The position numbers were made by a program, and so were the translations under genes. The notes under the pieces are model-generated. The model saw only the letters and a list, made by a program, of their open reading frames with translations. It did not search any database and was not told where the DNA came from. Below, piece after piece: positions 30,224 through 39,749 of a stretch of 64,000 nucleotides of DNA. Origin of the DNA: Victivallales bacterium. Its GTDB lineage: Bacteria > Verrucomicrobiota > Lentisphaeria > Victivallales > UBA1829. Within the stretch, counting starts at the first letter, position 1, and each line of letters opens with the position of its first letter. The DNA is taken from assembly GCA_045114235.1 (NCBI GenBank), contig JBGUKB010000068.1:15606-79605 (forward strand). Direction: 5' to 3'.

Positions 30224-31558
30224 ATGAGCAATTTCCCGCAGATGGAATGCCGCGCGCCGCGGTTCCGCGCCCTGATCCCATTTTTCGTCTTCATCGTGTT
30301 CTACCTCGGGCTTTCGATCTGGGCGCGCGATTTCTACAAAGTGCCGATGCCGACCGCGTTTCTGGTGGCGTCGGCGGCCGCGCTGGTGCTGGACCATAAA
30401 CGCCCGCTCGCCGAAAAAGTGGAAATCTACGCCCGCGGCATGGGCGAACCGAACATCATGATCATGTGCCTGATCTTCATCCTGGCGGGGGCGTTCGCGT
30501 CCACGGCAAAGGGCATGGGCGCGGTCGACGGCGCGGTGGTGATCGCCCGCGCGGTCGTGCCGGATTCGCTGATGCTGCTCGGGATGTTCCTGGTGGCGAG
30601 CTTCATCTCGCTGGCCGTGGGCACGAGCTGCGGAACCATCGCGGCACTCACGCCGATCGCGGCGGGGCTCGCGGACGGGCTCTCCATCTCCCCGGCGATG
30701 CTGCTCGGCGCGATCGTGGGCGGCGCCATGTTCGGCGACAACCTCTCCATGATCTCGGACACGACCATCGCCGCCACGCGCACGCAGAACATCGCCATGC
30801 GCGACAAATTCCGCCAGAACATCCTGCTGGTCCTGCCGGCGTTCGCCGCGACCTCGGCGATCTATCTGTTCTTCGGCGGCACGGCGCGGACGACCGAGGC
30901 GGCGCAGGCCGTGACCTGGGCGAACGCGTTCGCGGTGCTGCCGTACCTGCTGATCCTCGTTTTCGCGCTGCTGGGCTGGAACGTGATGCTGCTGCTCTTC
31001 GCCGGGACCGTGCTCGCCGGGATCACCGGGATCGTGAACGGCGCGTTCGATCTCTGGGGCATGCTCGACCTGATCGGGAAAGGCACGCTCGGCATGTCGG
31101 AGACGCTCATCGTGGCGATCCTCGCGGGCGGCCTGCTCCAGACCATCCGGCGCAACGGCGGCATCGGCTACCTGATGGAGAAGATCAAAAAGCCGGTACA
31201 TACCGCGCGCGGCTGCGAATTCGGCGTGCTGGTGCTCGTCGCGGTCATCAACCTCTTCACTGCGAACAACACCGTGGCGATCGTGATCGCGGGCCCCATC
31301 GCGCGCGAGCTTTCCGAACAGTACCACTGCTCCGCCAAGCGCATCGCGAGCATCCTGGACACCGGGTCTTGCGTGGTACAGGGCATGATCCCCTACGGCG
31401 CGCAGATCCTGATCGCGGCGGGCGTGGCGCAGACCTCGAATCTGGACGTATCGTCCCTGAGCCTCGTCGGGTCACTATTCTACCCGATGCTCCTCGGCGT
31501 CTGCCTGCTCGGCGCCATCGCCATCCACCGGGAAAAGACGCCCGCGCCCGCCGCCTGA
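30224..31558 (+). CDS. Na+/H+ antiporter NhaC family protein (MetT-like amino-acid transporter)
   Basis: About 12 TM segments; IFILAGAF, SLAVGTSCGTI, GAMFGDNLSMISDTTIAATRTQ, RIASILD and PYGAQIL. Confidence 0.9.
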   Translation: MSNFPQMECRAPRFRALIPFFVFIVFYLGLSIWARDFYKVPMPTAFLVASAAALVLDHKRPLAEKVEIYARGMGEPNIMIMCLIFILAGAFASTAKGMGAVDGAVVIARAVVPDSLMLLGMFLVASFISLAVGTSCGTIAALTPIAAGLADGLSISPAMLLGAIVGGAMFGDNLSMISDTTIAATRTQNIAMRDKFRQNILLVLPAFAATSAIYLFFGGTARTTEAAQAVTWANAFAVLPYLLILVFALLGWNVMLLLFAGTVLAGITGIVNGAFDLWGMLDLIGKGTLGMSETLIVAILAGGLLQTIRRNGGIGYLMEKIKKPVHTARGCEFGVLVLVAVINLFTANNTVAIVIAGPIARELSEQYHCSAKRIASILDTGSCVVQGMIPYGAQILIAAGVAQTSNLDVSSLSLVGSLFYPMLLGVCLLGAIAIHREKTPAPAA

Positions 31559-31571
31559 ACACGGACACGAA

Positions 31572-32765
31572 ATGATGAGCTACGACTACGGGATCCCGGG
31601 CGAACTGCTGCGTTTTCTGGGGGCCTGTATCTACGGCGACGCCCCTGCGTTTTACGGTGCCCTGAACGAGTCCGAACGCACCGAACTGGAGGCGCAAGGA
31701 AAGCGTTTCGGGCTGGCGACGTGGTTTTACCGGTATCTGCATGATGTCCTGCCGGAGGAGAAGCGCGCGGAATACCAGAAAGCATATCAGTTGCGACAGC
31801 TGAAGGCGATCAAAGGCGTACTGGAACTGAAACGCCTCTACGGGGTGCTGGCGTCGCACGGACTGCGGTTCGTGCCGATCAAGGGCGCGGACCTGGCATA
31901 CCGTCTGTACCCGGACAATGCTCTGCGCGCCTTCAACGACTGGGATATCTGGTTCCACCCGGACGACTGCGAACGGGCGCTTGAAGTGCTGAAGAATGAC
32001 GGCTGGACGATCCCGGAGTCATACTCGGATGATCACGAAGCAGTAAAGAAAACGGAGGCGCACCATTTTTCGCTGCATGTCCGCGGACAATACGCCCTCG
32101 AACCGCACTTCACGCTTGCGAACTTCGAAGGAGTTAATCCGCGGGAAATGTGGGACGAGACAGTTGAATGCCCCGGCGGCGACGGACAACGGATATTATC
32201 GCCGGAAATGAACCTGCTGATGCTCGCACGGCATGCTGCCTCGCAGTCGTACTACCACGCCCGGCTGCCGAAACTGCTGACCGATGCGGCGATGGTGATG
32301 CAAAAGGAAACGGTGGATTTCGCGAAGCTTCGTTCGATGGCGGCATGCTGGCATCTGCCGTATCCGGGCGATCTGCTGGCGGCATTCCCGGAGTTCTTCC
32401 CTTCCGACAGGATCGCGGAATTCGGGGCGGATCCCCGGAAATCAGCTGAGTTCCGCCGGATATTCGAGTTACGCGGAAGACTTGGCGAACAGAAAAACGT
32501 TGCGCTTCTTCTGGGGCGTTTCAGGGCGCGCGGACAAGTGACCGGAGGATTGCTGAACCATATCAAAACGCTCAATCCAGGCAAGATCCGCCGCATTTAC
32601 CGGCTGCCGAAGCATGGAGCATGGGGACGTGTGGCATGGTCGTATCTGTGTTATTTTTCGACACGCACATGGCGCGTGCTGACGGTCTGCCTTCAAAGAG
32701 ATCCCGATCTGCGGGATTACACAGCCCTGGCCGAAACCATAGAGTCGGACCAGACTGGGAAATAG
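31572..32765 (+). CDS. nucleotidyltransferase family protein (NTP_transf_5-like)
   Basis: FVPIKGADLAYRLYP...R.FNDWDIW, EPHFTL, LSPEMNLLMLARH and KLLTD. Confidence 0.75.
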   Translation: MMSYDYGIPGELLRFLGACIYGDAPAFYGALNESERTELEAQGKRFGLATWFYRYLHDVLPEEKRAEYQKAYQLRQLKAIKGVLELKRLYGVLASHGLRFVPIKGADLAYRLYPDNALRAFNDWDIWFHPDDCERALEVLKNDGWTIPESYSDDHEAVKKTEAHHFSLHVRGQYALEPHFTLANFEGVNPREMWDETVECPGGDGQRILSPEMNLLMLARHAASQSYYHARLPKLLTDAAMVMQKETVDFAKLRSMAACWHLPYPGDLLAAFPEFFPSDRIAEFGADPRKSAEFRRIFELRGRLGEQKNVALLLGRFRARGQVTGGLLNHIKTLNPGKIRRIYRLPKHGAWGRVAWSYLCYFSTRTWRVLTVCLQRDPDLRDYTALAETIESDQTGK

Positions 32766-32883
32766 CGCGTTTTCAGGCGTTTTATCTTATTCGTCCTGAG
32801 CTGACACGGGCTCGCGGGCGCCTGGCTCGCGAGCACATTTTGACTCATGCCAGGCGGAACGCAGGGGGCAACGTTTCCGCCGC

Positions 32884-33813
32884 TCAGAACCAGTTCCAGC
32901 AGCAGATGCCGGCGAGAACGGTATAGCCGGAAAGCATCATCAGCGGCGTGTCCATGGAGTGAGGGGCGAACGCTTCGGCGAACGTCATCAGCGGCGGGAG
33001 GATGACCAGCGCCGCGACGAACTGGCGCGCAGTGTCGAATTCGCCGTGGAAGATGAAGATCGCGATCAGCGTCGTGAAGAACACGCACGCGCTGCCCTCG
33101 TAGGAACGCGTGTAGCTGCGCTTGAAATTCCATGCCGGGACCGTGTATTTGTGCTTGCCGAAATACTTCCCGATGGGCTCGGCGAGGCCGTCGCCGATGC
33201 TCACCGCAAGCACGATGATCATGACCAGGTACGGCTCGTGCAAGGTGTTCTCGAAGAGGTTCTGGAAAAAGACGCTCAGGAGCAGGCCGGGGAGCAGGTT
33301 GCCGAGAATGATCCATTTCAGCGTGTGCGGACGGTCCTCGGGACGGTCCATGGAGTTGAACTGGAGCATGAAGAACCGGCAGTTTTCGCGCAGCGGCTTG
33401 ATGAGCAGCAGGAAGGTCAGCATCACGAAGAGGGTCTCCCACAGGTGAGGAAGCAGGCCTTCGTGCTTGCCGAAGGGGTTGATGAGCGGGGCGAGGTAGG
33501 CGGCGAAATGCTGGAGCTTGCGCGTGTAGTTCACCTTGAACTTGGTCGGGCGCGTGTAGACGATGTAGCCTTTCTCGTCCGTGGCGCAGAACTTCCGGCA
33601 GACAAGGCCGCCTACCAGGGAGACCGCACCGACGACGATGATCTTGGTCAGGCCGAACGCGAAGAACTCGCGGTCGATGACGCCTTTGTGGTCGTACCAG
33701 ATGGTATAAACGGTCAGCCCGATAAGGGCATAAATCCACATAAACAGGAAAGCGAGGTCGAATGTCTGTGTCCAGGGGGCATCGTATGTCCCGTATTCTT
33801 TTTCTTCGCTCAT
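32884..33813 (-). CDS. phytol/dolichol/polyprenol kinase-like membrane protein (CTP_transf_1 superfamily)
   Basis: Multi-TM; YTRKLQH, SIGDGLAEPIGKYFG, RSYEGSACVF and AEAFAPHSMDTP; start at MSEEKE. Confidence 0.7.
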   Translation of the reverse strand: MSEEKEYGTYDAPWTQTFDLAFLFMWIYALIGLTVYTIWYDHKGVIDREFFAFGLTKIIVVGAVSLVGGLVCRKFCATDEKGYIVYTRPTKFKVNYTRKLQHFAAYLAPLINPFGKHEGLLPHLWETLFVMLTFLLLIKPLRENCRFFMLQFNSMDRPEDRPHTLKWIILGNLLPGLLLSVFFQNLFENTLHEPYLVMIIVLAVSIGDGLAEPIGKYFGKHKYTVPAWNFKRSYTRSYEGSACVFFTTLIAIFIFHGEFDTARQFVAALVILPPLMTFAEAFAPHSMDTPLMMLSGYTVLAGICCWNWF

Positions 33814-34110
33814 GTTGAAGATCCTCCGTTCATTCATTTTTTTGTTTGCCGAACCTGTTTCAGCTTAATATACCATGGCGAAAAGAAAAATCAAGAGTAA
33901 ACCAGCCATTTTTTATGAAACATTGAACGGGTGGAATCCGGACGGAAAAACGTCGCAAATCCTTCCTGTCGCAACGCTGAAACGGCTTGCGGTGCGCCAT
34001 GCTCAAATTGCGGTTATGGTCTTTTCCGAAAACGGCCCGGATTATCCGCTTCAAATCAGAAAAAACAAAAGGACACAAGAGGGAGGAAAAGTGGATTTTG
34101 AGGATGAAAC

Positions 34111-34185
34111 TGGAGCCGGCTCTCGGATTCGAACCGAGGACCGACGGTTTACAAAACCGTAGCTCTACCGCTGAGCTAAGCCGGC
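34111..34185 (-). tRNA. tRNA-Thr(TGT)
   Basis: GCCGGCTTAGCTCAGCGGTAGAGC-TACGGTT-TGT-AAACCGT...GGTTCGAATCC...GCCGGCTCCA; cloverleaf with encoded CCA. Confidence 0.97.
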
Positions 34186-34394
34186 GTCGTGCTTTCCGGG
34201 AGCGCGTGTCCAGATGATTCCGAATCGGATTCATGAACCGGACCTGAGTTCCAAGCCCTATTAATATGACATATTTTTTCCAAAAGTCAAACACTTTCGC
34301 TTTCTTTTTCGCGTTTTCGTGATATAGTATGATATTATATTTATTCCGGCTCCGCCGGACTGAAGACGAAACATGGAAAGGGCCCCCCTCCGCT

Positions 34395-35141
34395 ATGTCC
34401 AAACGCTGGCTGATGATCGCCGACGCACATTTGACCTGCCGCGAGCCGGAAGACGAATTCTTCCGGATGCTCGACGGCGTGTCGCGCCTGCCCAAGGACA
34501 TCGGGATCATCTTCCTGGGCGACATCTTCGACCTGTGGATCGGGCTGCGCGGGTATGAAAACGACGAACACCGGCGCTTCCTCGACTGGTGCCGCAAGGA
34601 AAAAGAGCAGCGCCGGATCGTGTTCCTGGAGGGCAACCACGAGTTTTTCGTGGCGAAGACATACCCGGACGCGTTTTCGTACTCGAGCGAGGATTCGTAC
34701 GAGGACGGAACGCTTCTGTGGCTTCACGGCGACCGCATCAACCGGAAGGACTACACCTACACGGTGCTGCGGTTCATCCTCCGCAACGTCCTGACGCGCT
34801 GGTTCCTGTGGTGCATCGGCCCCACGTTCGGACCGTCGTTCGCGCATTACGTCCGCGAACGCCTCAGGACCACGAACCAGGCGCACAAACAGTATTTCCC
34901 GGAGCCGATCGCGCTCAAATTCCTTTCGTCATGCCCGCCTGACTCCATCGTCTTCGTGGGGCATTTCCACGACCGCCTCACGAAAACGTCGGACGGCAGG
35001 ATGCTGGAAGTGCTCCCAGCCTACGCCGACGCATCCGAGCTGGCGTTTTACAACCCCTCCGCGCCGGAGCTTGCGATATTCCCGGCGGACCGGATCGGCG
35101 AACTATGCGACGCAAAGAAACAGGATGAGGTCGAAGCATGA
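34395..35141 (+). CDS. lpxH: UDP-2,3-diacylglucosamine hydrolase-like metallophosphoesterase
   Basis: IADAH, LGDIFDLW, EGNHE, LHGD and GHFH; start trimmed to MSKRW. Confidence 0.7.
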   Translation: MSKRWLMIADAHLTCREPEDEFFRMLDGVSRLPKDIGIIFLGDIFDLWIGLRGYENDEHRRFLDWCRKEKEQRRIVFLEGNHEFFVAKTYPDAFSYSSEDSYEDGTLLWLHGDRINRKDYTYTVLRFILRNVLTRWFLWCIGPTFGPSFAHYVRERLRTTNQAHKQYFPEPIALKFLSSCPPDSIVFVGHFHDRLTKTSDGRMLEVLPAYADASELAFYNPSAPELAIFPADRIGELCDAKKQDEVEA

Positions 35142-35626
35142 AACGCCTCATGTATCCCGGCAGTTTCGATCCGGTCACGAACGGGCATCTGGACGTCATC
35201 CGGCGCGCGGCGCGCATCGCGGACGAGGTGCTGGTGGCGGTCGCGCGCAATTCGGAGAAATCCCCGCTTTTCACGACGGACGAGCGCATCGAGCTCATCC
35301 GCAAGGTCACGGCGACCGTCCCGAATGTCCGCGTCGTCACGTTCACCGGTCTGCTCGCCGACGCCGTGTCCGCATTCGAAGTCTCGGCGGTCATCCGCGG
35401 CCTGCGCGCCGTTTCCGATTTCGAGTACGAGTTCCAGATGGCGCTCATGAACCGCGAGCTGAACCCCGCCTGCGAAACCCTCTTCATGATGCCGAGCCCG
35501 GAATACTCCTTCCTGAGTTCGCGCCTCATCCGCGAGATCGCGTCCTGCGGCGGCTCCGTTTCCGCGTTCGTGCCCCCGGAAGTCGTCGCCGCCATCCGCA
35601 GCAAAATGGAGCCGGTCAAATCATGA
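35138..35626 (+). CDS. coaD: pantetheine-phosphate adenylyltransferase
   Basis: YPGSFDPVTNGHLD, IRGLRAVSDFEYE and SFLSSRLIRE. Confidence 0.97.
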   Translation: MKRLMYPGSFDPVTNGHLDVIRRAARIADEVLVAVARNSEKSPLFTTDERIELIRKVTATVPNVRVVTFTGLLADAVSAFEVSAVIRGLRAVSDFEYEFQMALMNRELNPACETLFMMPSPEYSFLSSRLIREIASCGGSVSAFVPPEVVAAIRSKMEPVKS

Positions 35627-36228
35627 TCAAGATCAACACTTCGCATATCCTCCCCGACACCCCGTATCTGCTCGACGGCATGGAATCCGCCGAGATCCTG
35701 GAGCTCCCGCCGGACGCCGATCCGCCGCTCGCTCCCGCGGGCGGCATCACGTACCATCTTTCGGCGGTCATGGCAGGCGCCGACCTCGTCGTGACCGGCA
35801 GGGCGTCCGTCCCGCTCGCCACGGTCTGCGCGCGCTGTCTCGACGACATCCGCGTAACGGTCGCCGTCAAGGATCTGTGTTTCCACTTCGAAAAGGTCCG
35901 CGACCTGGAAGTCGACCTCACGGACGACGTTCGCGAGGAGCTTCTCCTCGCCGTTCCGTCCTGCTTCTACTGTTCCCCGGACTGCAAGGGCATCTGCCCG
36001 GTATGCGGCGCGAACCTCAACCATGCCTCGTGTTCCTGCGACACGCGGGAGGCGGAACCCGAACCGGACGCCGCCGCGCCGTCGCCGTGGGACCAGCTCG
36101 ACGCGCTGAAACTCGCGCCGGAAAAACCCGCGAAAAAGACAGCCGCGAAGAAACCGGCAGAGAAGAAGCCGACTGCGAAGAAGCCCGCGGCAAAGAAATC
36201 CACCTCGAAAAAGCCCCCGAAGCAATAA
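35623..36228 (+). CDS. yceD: YceD/DUF177 protein with Lys/Ala-rich C-terminal tail
   Basis: [45 protein letters not shown], then PAKK-type repeats. Confidence 0.88.
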   Translation: MIKINTSHILPDTPYLLDGMESAEILELPPDADPPLAPAGGITYHLSAVMAGADLVVTGRASVPLATVCARCLDDIRVTVAVKDLCFHFEKVRDLEVDLTDDVREELLLAVPSCFYCSPDCKGICPVCGANLNHASCSCDTREAEPEPDAAAPSPWDQLDALKLAPEKPAKKTAAKKPAEKKPTAKKPAAKKSTSKKPPKQ

Positions 36229-36231
36229 GGG

Positions 36232-36281
36232 AGGGGAGGACAAGTCCTCCACTGCAATAGTGCCGTGCTGCGCTACGGCAC
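36232..36281. repeat. REP-like double-hairpin element, copy 2
   Basis: AGGGGAGGACAAGTCCTCCACTGC, then GTGCCGT-gctgcgct-ACGGCAC; lies between convergent yceD and hppA. Confidence 0.8.
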
Positions 36282-36390
36282 GGGGAAATACGTTTTGTCT
36301 TTCCGATCTCCGATCGCCTGAAAAAAAGCCCTCCGGTCATGGAAGAGCGAAGGGCAAAAAGGGAAACAAATCCGGAAACCGGATCGTGTC

Positions 36391-38673
36391 TTATTTCTGG
36401 ATAAGGCCGAGCCATTCCTGGATGGCGGGGGCGACCTTGATGAAGAGCGGAGTGAAGACGACCGCGACCATGCTCATGAGCTTCACGAGGATGTTCAGGG
36501 CCGGACCGCTGGTGTCCTTGCAGGGATCGCCGACGGTGTCGCCGATGACGGCCGCGCCGTGAACGGGGTTCTTGGTGCCGTCCGGGAGCTTCTTGCCGCC
36601 GAAATTGCCTTTTTCGATGTGCTTCTTGGCGTTGTCCCACGCGCCGCCGGCGTTGTTCAGCATGCAGGCGAGGGAGAATCCGCAGGTTAGGCCGCCGATG
36701 AGCAGGCCCATGATGCCGGGCACGCCGAGGATCAGGCCGGTGGCGACCGGGATGATGATGGCGAGGAGCGCGGGGAGCATCATCTCGTGCTGGGCGCCCT
36801 TGGTGGAGATCGCCACGCAGCGGGCGTAGTCGGGCTTGCCGGTGCCGTCCATGATGCCGGGGATCGTGCGGAACTGGCGGCGGACCTCCTCGACCATGCG
36901 TCCGGCGGCGCGTCCGACTGCCTTCATGGTGAGGGCGCAGAAGACGAACGCCATCATGGCTCCGAGGAAGCATCCGCAGAGGAACATCGGGTTCATGACG
37001 TTGATCTTGAAGAAATCGACGAGGACGGCGAAGTGGTCGGAATCCAGCAGAAGTTTCGCCTTGACCTCCATCGGGAACGCATTGAACTTGCTGCCCCAGA
37101 TCTCGATCTCCTGGATCTCGGCGGCGAGCAGCGCCATGGCGGTGAGGGCGGCGGACCCGATGGCGAATCCCTTGCCCGTGGCGGCCGTGGTGTTGCCGAG
37201 CATATCGAGGGCGTCGGTGCGTTCGCGGACGTGCGGCGGGAGCGCGGACATCTCGGCGTTGCCGCCGGCGTTGTCGGCGATGGGGCCGTAGGCGTCCGTG
37301 GCGAGCGTGATGCCGAGCGTGGCGAGCATGCCGACGGCGGCGAACCCGATGCCGTACAGGCCGAAGATCGTGCCCTGCGTGAAGCCGCCCGCGCAGGCAA
37401 ACGAACTGATGATCGCGGCGACGGTCGCGACGACCGGGATCGCGGCGGAGAGCATACCGAGGGAAAGGCCGTAGATGATGGTCGGAGCGGGACCCATCTG
37501 CGCCTGCGCAGCGAGTTCCTTGGTCGGCTTGTATTCGTCGGAGGTGTAATACTCGGTGCTGTAGCCGATCACCACGCCGGCGACCAGGCCGGAGACGATC
37601 GCGCCGAACACGCCCCAGGTGAGGATGCCGAACCACGCCAGGACGGCGCACGCGACGACGATCAGGACGGAGCTGCCCCAGGTGCCGAGGCGCAGCGCGC
37701 GGAGGAGAGTGCCCATGCTCGCGCCTTCCTTGCAGCGGACCGCGAAGATGCCGATCAGGGACAGCACCACGCCGATGCCCGCGACAATCATCGGGGCGTT
37801 CACGTAGGCGACCGTGGTCTTCATCGCGGCGGGGATGGCGGCGCCGAGGGCGGCGGTGGAGAGGATGGAGCCGCAATAGGATTCGTAGAGGTCCGCGCCC
37901 ATGCCCGCGACGTCGCCGACGTTGTCGCCGACGTTGTCCGCGATGGTGGCGGGGTTGCGCGGGTCGTCCTCGGGAATGCCCGCCTCGACCTTGCCGACAA
38001 GGTCGGCGCCGACGTCAGCCGCCTTCGTGTAGATGCCGCCGCCGACGCGAGCAAAGAGCGCCTGCGTGGAAGCGCCCATGCCGAACGTCAGCATGGTGGT
38101 CGTGATCTCGACGAACTTGTGCGCGGCGTCGAATCCGGGCGCGACGAGCGGGAGACCGAGGAACGAAAGGCCCTGCGCCATGTGCTCGGGCGTGTAGACC
38201 AGGCGGTCAAGAATGAAATACCACACGGTGATGTCGAACAGGCCGAACCCGACCACGGCGAGTCCCATGACCGCGCCGGACCGGAACGCGACCTGAAGGC
38301 CGCGGTTCAGGCTTTCGCTCGCGCCCTGCGCCGTACGGCTGGACGCGCAGGTGGCCGTCTTCATGCCCACGAAGCCGCAGAGGCCGGAGTAGAAGCCGCC
38401 GGTCAGAAATGCGACCGGGACGAAGGGGTTCTGGAGTTTCAGGACCGCCAGAATCGCGAAGATCACGAAGAGGACGGCGAAGACGATGCCGACGCGCGAA
38501 TACTGCTGTTTCAGGTACGCCATCGCGCCGTCGCGCACATATCCGGCGATCTCCTCCATGCGTTCGTTGCCCGTGCCGGCACGTTTCATCAGGATGTAGC
38601 ACAAAATGGCGGAGAGAAGAGCGACGATGGCACAAATGGGAGCGATCCACCAGATGGACGTAGATCCGAACAT
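36391..38673 (-). CDS. hppA: membrane-bound ion-translocating pyrophosphatase, K+-dependent, probably Na+-pumping
   Basis: [58 protein letters not shown] and [13 protein letters not shown]. Confidence 0.96.
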   Translation of the reverse strand: MFGSTSIWWIAPICAIVALLSAILCYILMKRAGTGNERMEEIAGYVRDGAMAYLKQQYSRVGIVFAVLFVIFAILAVLKLQNPFVPVAFLTGGFYSGLCGFVGMKTATCASSRTAQGASESLNRGLQVAFRSGAVMGLAVVGFGLFDITVWYFILDRLVYTPEHMAQGLSFLGLPLVAPGFDAAHKFVEITTTMLTFGMGASTQALFARVGGGIYTKAADVGADLVGKVEAGIPEDDPRNPATIADNVGDNVGDVAGMGADLYESYCGSILSTAALGAAIPAAMKTTVAYVNAPMIVAGIGVVLSLIGIFAVRCKEGASMGTLLRALRLGTWGSSVLIVVACAVLAWFGILTWGVFGAIVSGLVAGVVIGYSTEYYTSDEYKPTKELAAQAQMGPAPTIIYGLSLGMLSAAIPVVATVAAIISSFACAGGFTQGTIFGLYGIGFAAVGMLATLGITLATDAYGPIADNAGGNAEMSALPPHVRERTDALDMLGNTTAATGKGFAIGSAALTAMALLAAEIQEIEIWGSKFNAFPMEVKAKLLLDSDHFAVLVDFFKINVMNPMFLCGCFLGAMMAFVFCALTMKAVGRAAGRMVEEVRRQFRTIPGIMDGTGKPDYARCVAISTKGAQHEMMLPALLAIIIPVATGLILGVPGIMGLLIGGLTCGFSLACMLNNAGGAWDNAKKHIEKGNFGGKKLPDGTKNPVHGAAVIGDTVGDPCKDTSGPALNILVKLMSMVAVVFTPLFIKVAPAIQEWLGLIQK

Positions 38674-38719
38674 AAGAACAACCTCCGGATATTAAGTTAA
38701 AAAATATTTTATGCTATTT

Positions 38720-38748
38720 AAAATACACCGCATGAGGAGTTTTTTCAA
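38720..38748 (-). promoter_or_regulatory. sigma70-type promoter of hppA
   Basis: TTGAAA-17 bp-TATTTT with an extended TG. Confidence 0.6.
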
Positions 38749-38807
38749 GCGGAAACACACGGAGAAAAAGAGATTTGCATGGTCTCATGCCCGAGCGAAG
38801 CCGGGCA

Positions 38808-39743
38808 TTACCGCAGTGGAGGCTCCGCCTCCTTCGGAACGAGCGGGACCGGGGAGTCCTTCTTGTGGAAGAAGTCCTGTTGGAATGCGTATTTTTCGCC
38901 GCGGTAACAGCTCATGCGCTGCGTCCAGCGGTAGCGGAGACCTTTGAAGTAATAGCCGAGTTCATGATGGCGGCAAAGATAGAGAATGTCGCGGGCGGCT
39001 TCGGCAGCGAAACCGACGAACGCACGGCAGAAACACGGCTTCGCGCCGTAGAGCATGCCGTTCGCAATCCCTTCGTTGTAGAACCGTTTCCGAAGGATTT
39101 TCGGCGTATAATTGTGCGAATGGACGACTGCGGCGTTTTTCTCGTAGACGATTCTCAACCCGGATTCGCGGATGCGGAACGCCCAGTCGATATCCTCCGA
39201 ATACTGGAACGCCGGATTGAACCGGATCCGACGTGCGACGTCCGCGCGGACCGCGGAGAAGACCAGCGAGAACATGAACCCCCAGGTGGCCGCAACCGTG
39301 CCGTCGCCGAATGCGCGTTCATAGTCCTTGCGCACCAAAGGCAGGGCGTCCGCGCGCGGGAGCTGGTTGCCGTAGACCGCGCCGACGCCGGGATCATGGA
39401 GCGGGGCGACGATGCGCTCGACGGCGTCGCGGCTGCACGGGACGGCGTCGGAATTGTTGAAGACGATGTATTTGCCGTGCGCTGCGTCGACCGCGCGGTT
39501 CAGGACGCGGGGCGGATTGTACGGCTGGCCGTCCCACGGGACGACCGTGACGGACGGAAACAACGCGGCAGCTTCCAGCGTGCCGTCGGTGGAATTATCG
39601 TCGAAGAGCAGGATCTCCATGCGGTCGGCGACGGTCTGCTCGCAGAGCATGGCGAGCGTATCGCGGATGAAGTCGCGGTCGTTGTGGGAACGCACCACGA
39701 CGGTGATCTCGGGCGGACAACTGGTCGGTGTTTCCGCGGGCAT
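38808..39743 (-). CDS. glycosyltransferase family 2 (rhamnosyltransferase-like)
   Basis: VVVRSHN, DDNSTDGT, FNNSDA, SEDIDWA and VVHSH. Confidence 0.88.
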   Translation of the reverse strand: MPAETPTSCPPEITVVVRSHNDRDFIRDTLAMLCEQTVADRMEILLFDDNSTDGTLEAAALFPSVTVVPWDGQPYNPPRVLNRAVDAAHGKYIVFNNSDAVPCSRDAVERIVAPLHDPGVGAVYGNQLPRADALPLVRKDYERAFGDGTVAATWGFMFSLVFSAVRADVARRIRFNPAFQYSEDIDWAFRIRESGLRIVYEKNAAVVHSHNYTPKILRKRFYNEGIANGMLYGAKPCFCRAFVGFAAEAARDILYLCRHHELGYYFKGLRYRWTQRMSCYRGEKYAFQQDFFHKKDSPVPLVPKEAEPPLR

Positions 39744-39749
39744 GGGAGG

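Noticed and set aside
33840-34330. tRNA-Thr as an integration site of a genomic island
   Set aside because: No duplicated tRNA 3' end or integrase in the window; short TGGAGCCGG matches lie inside coding sequence.
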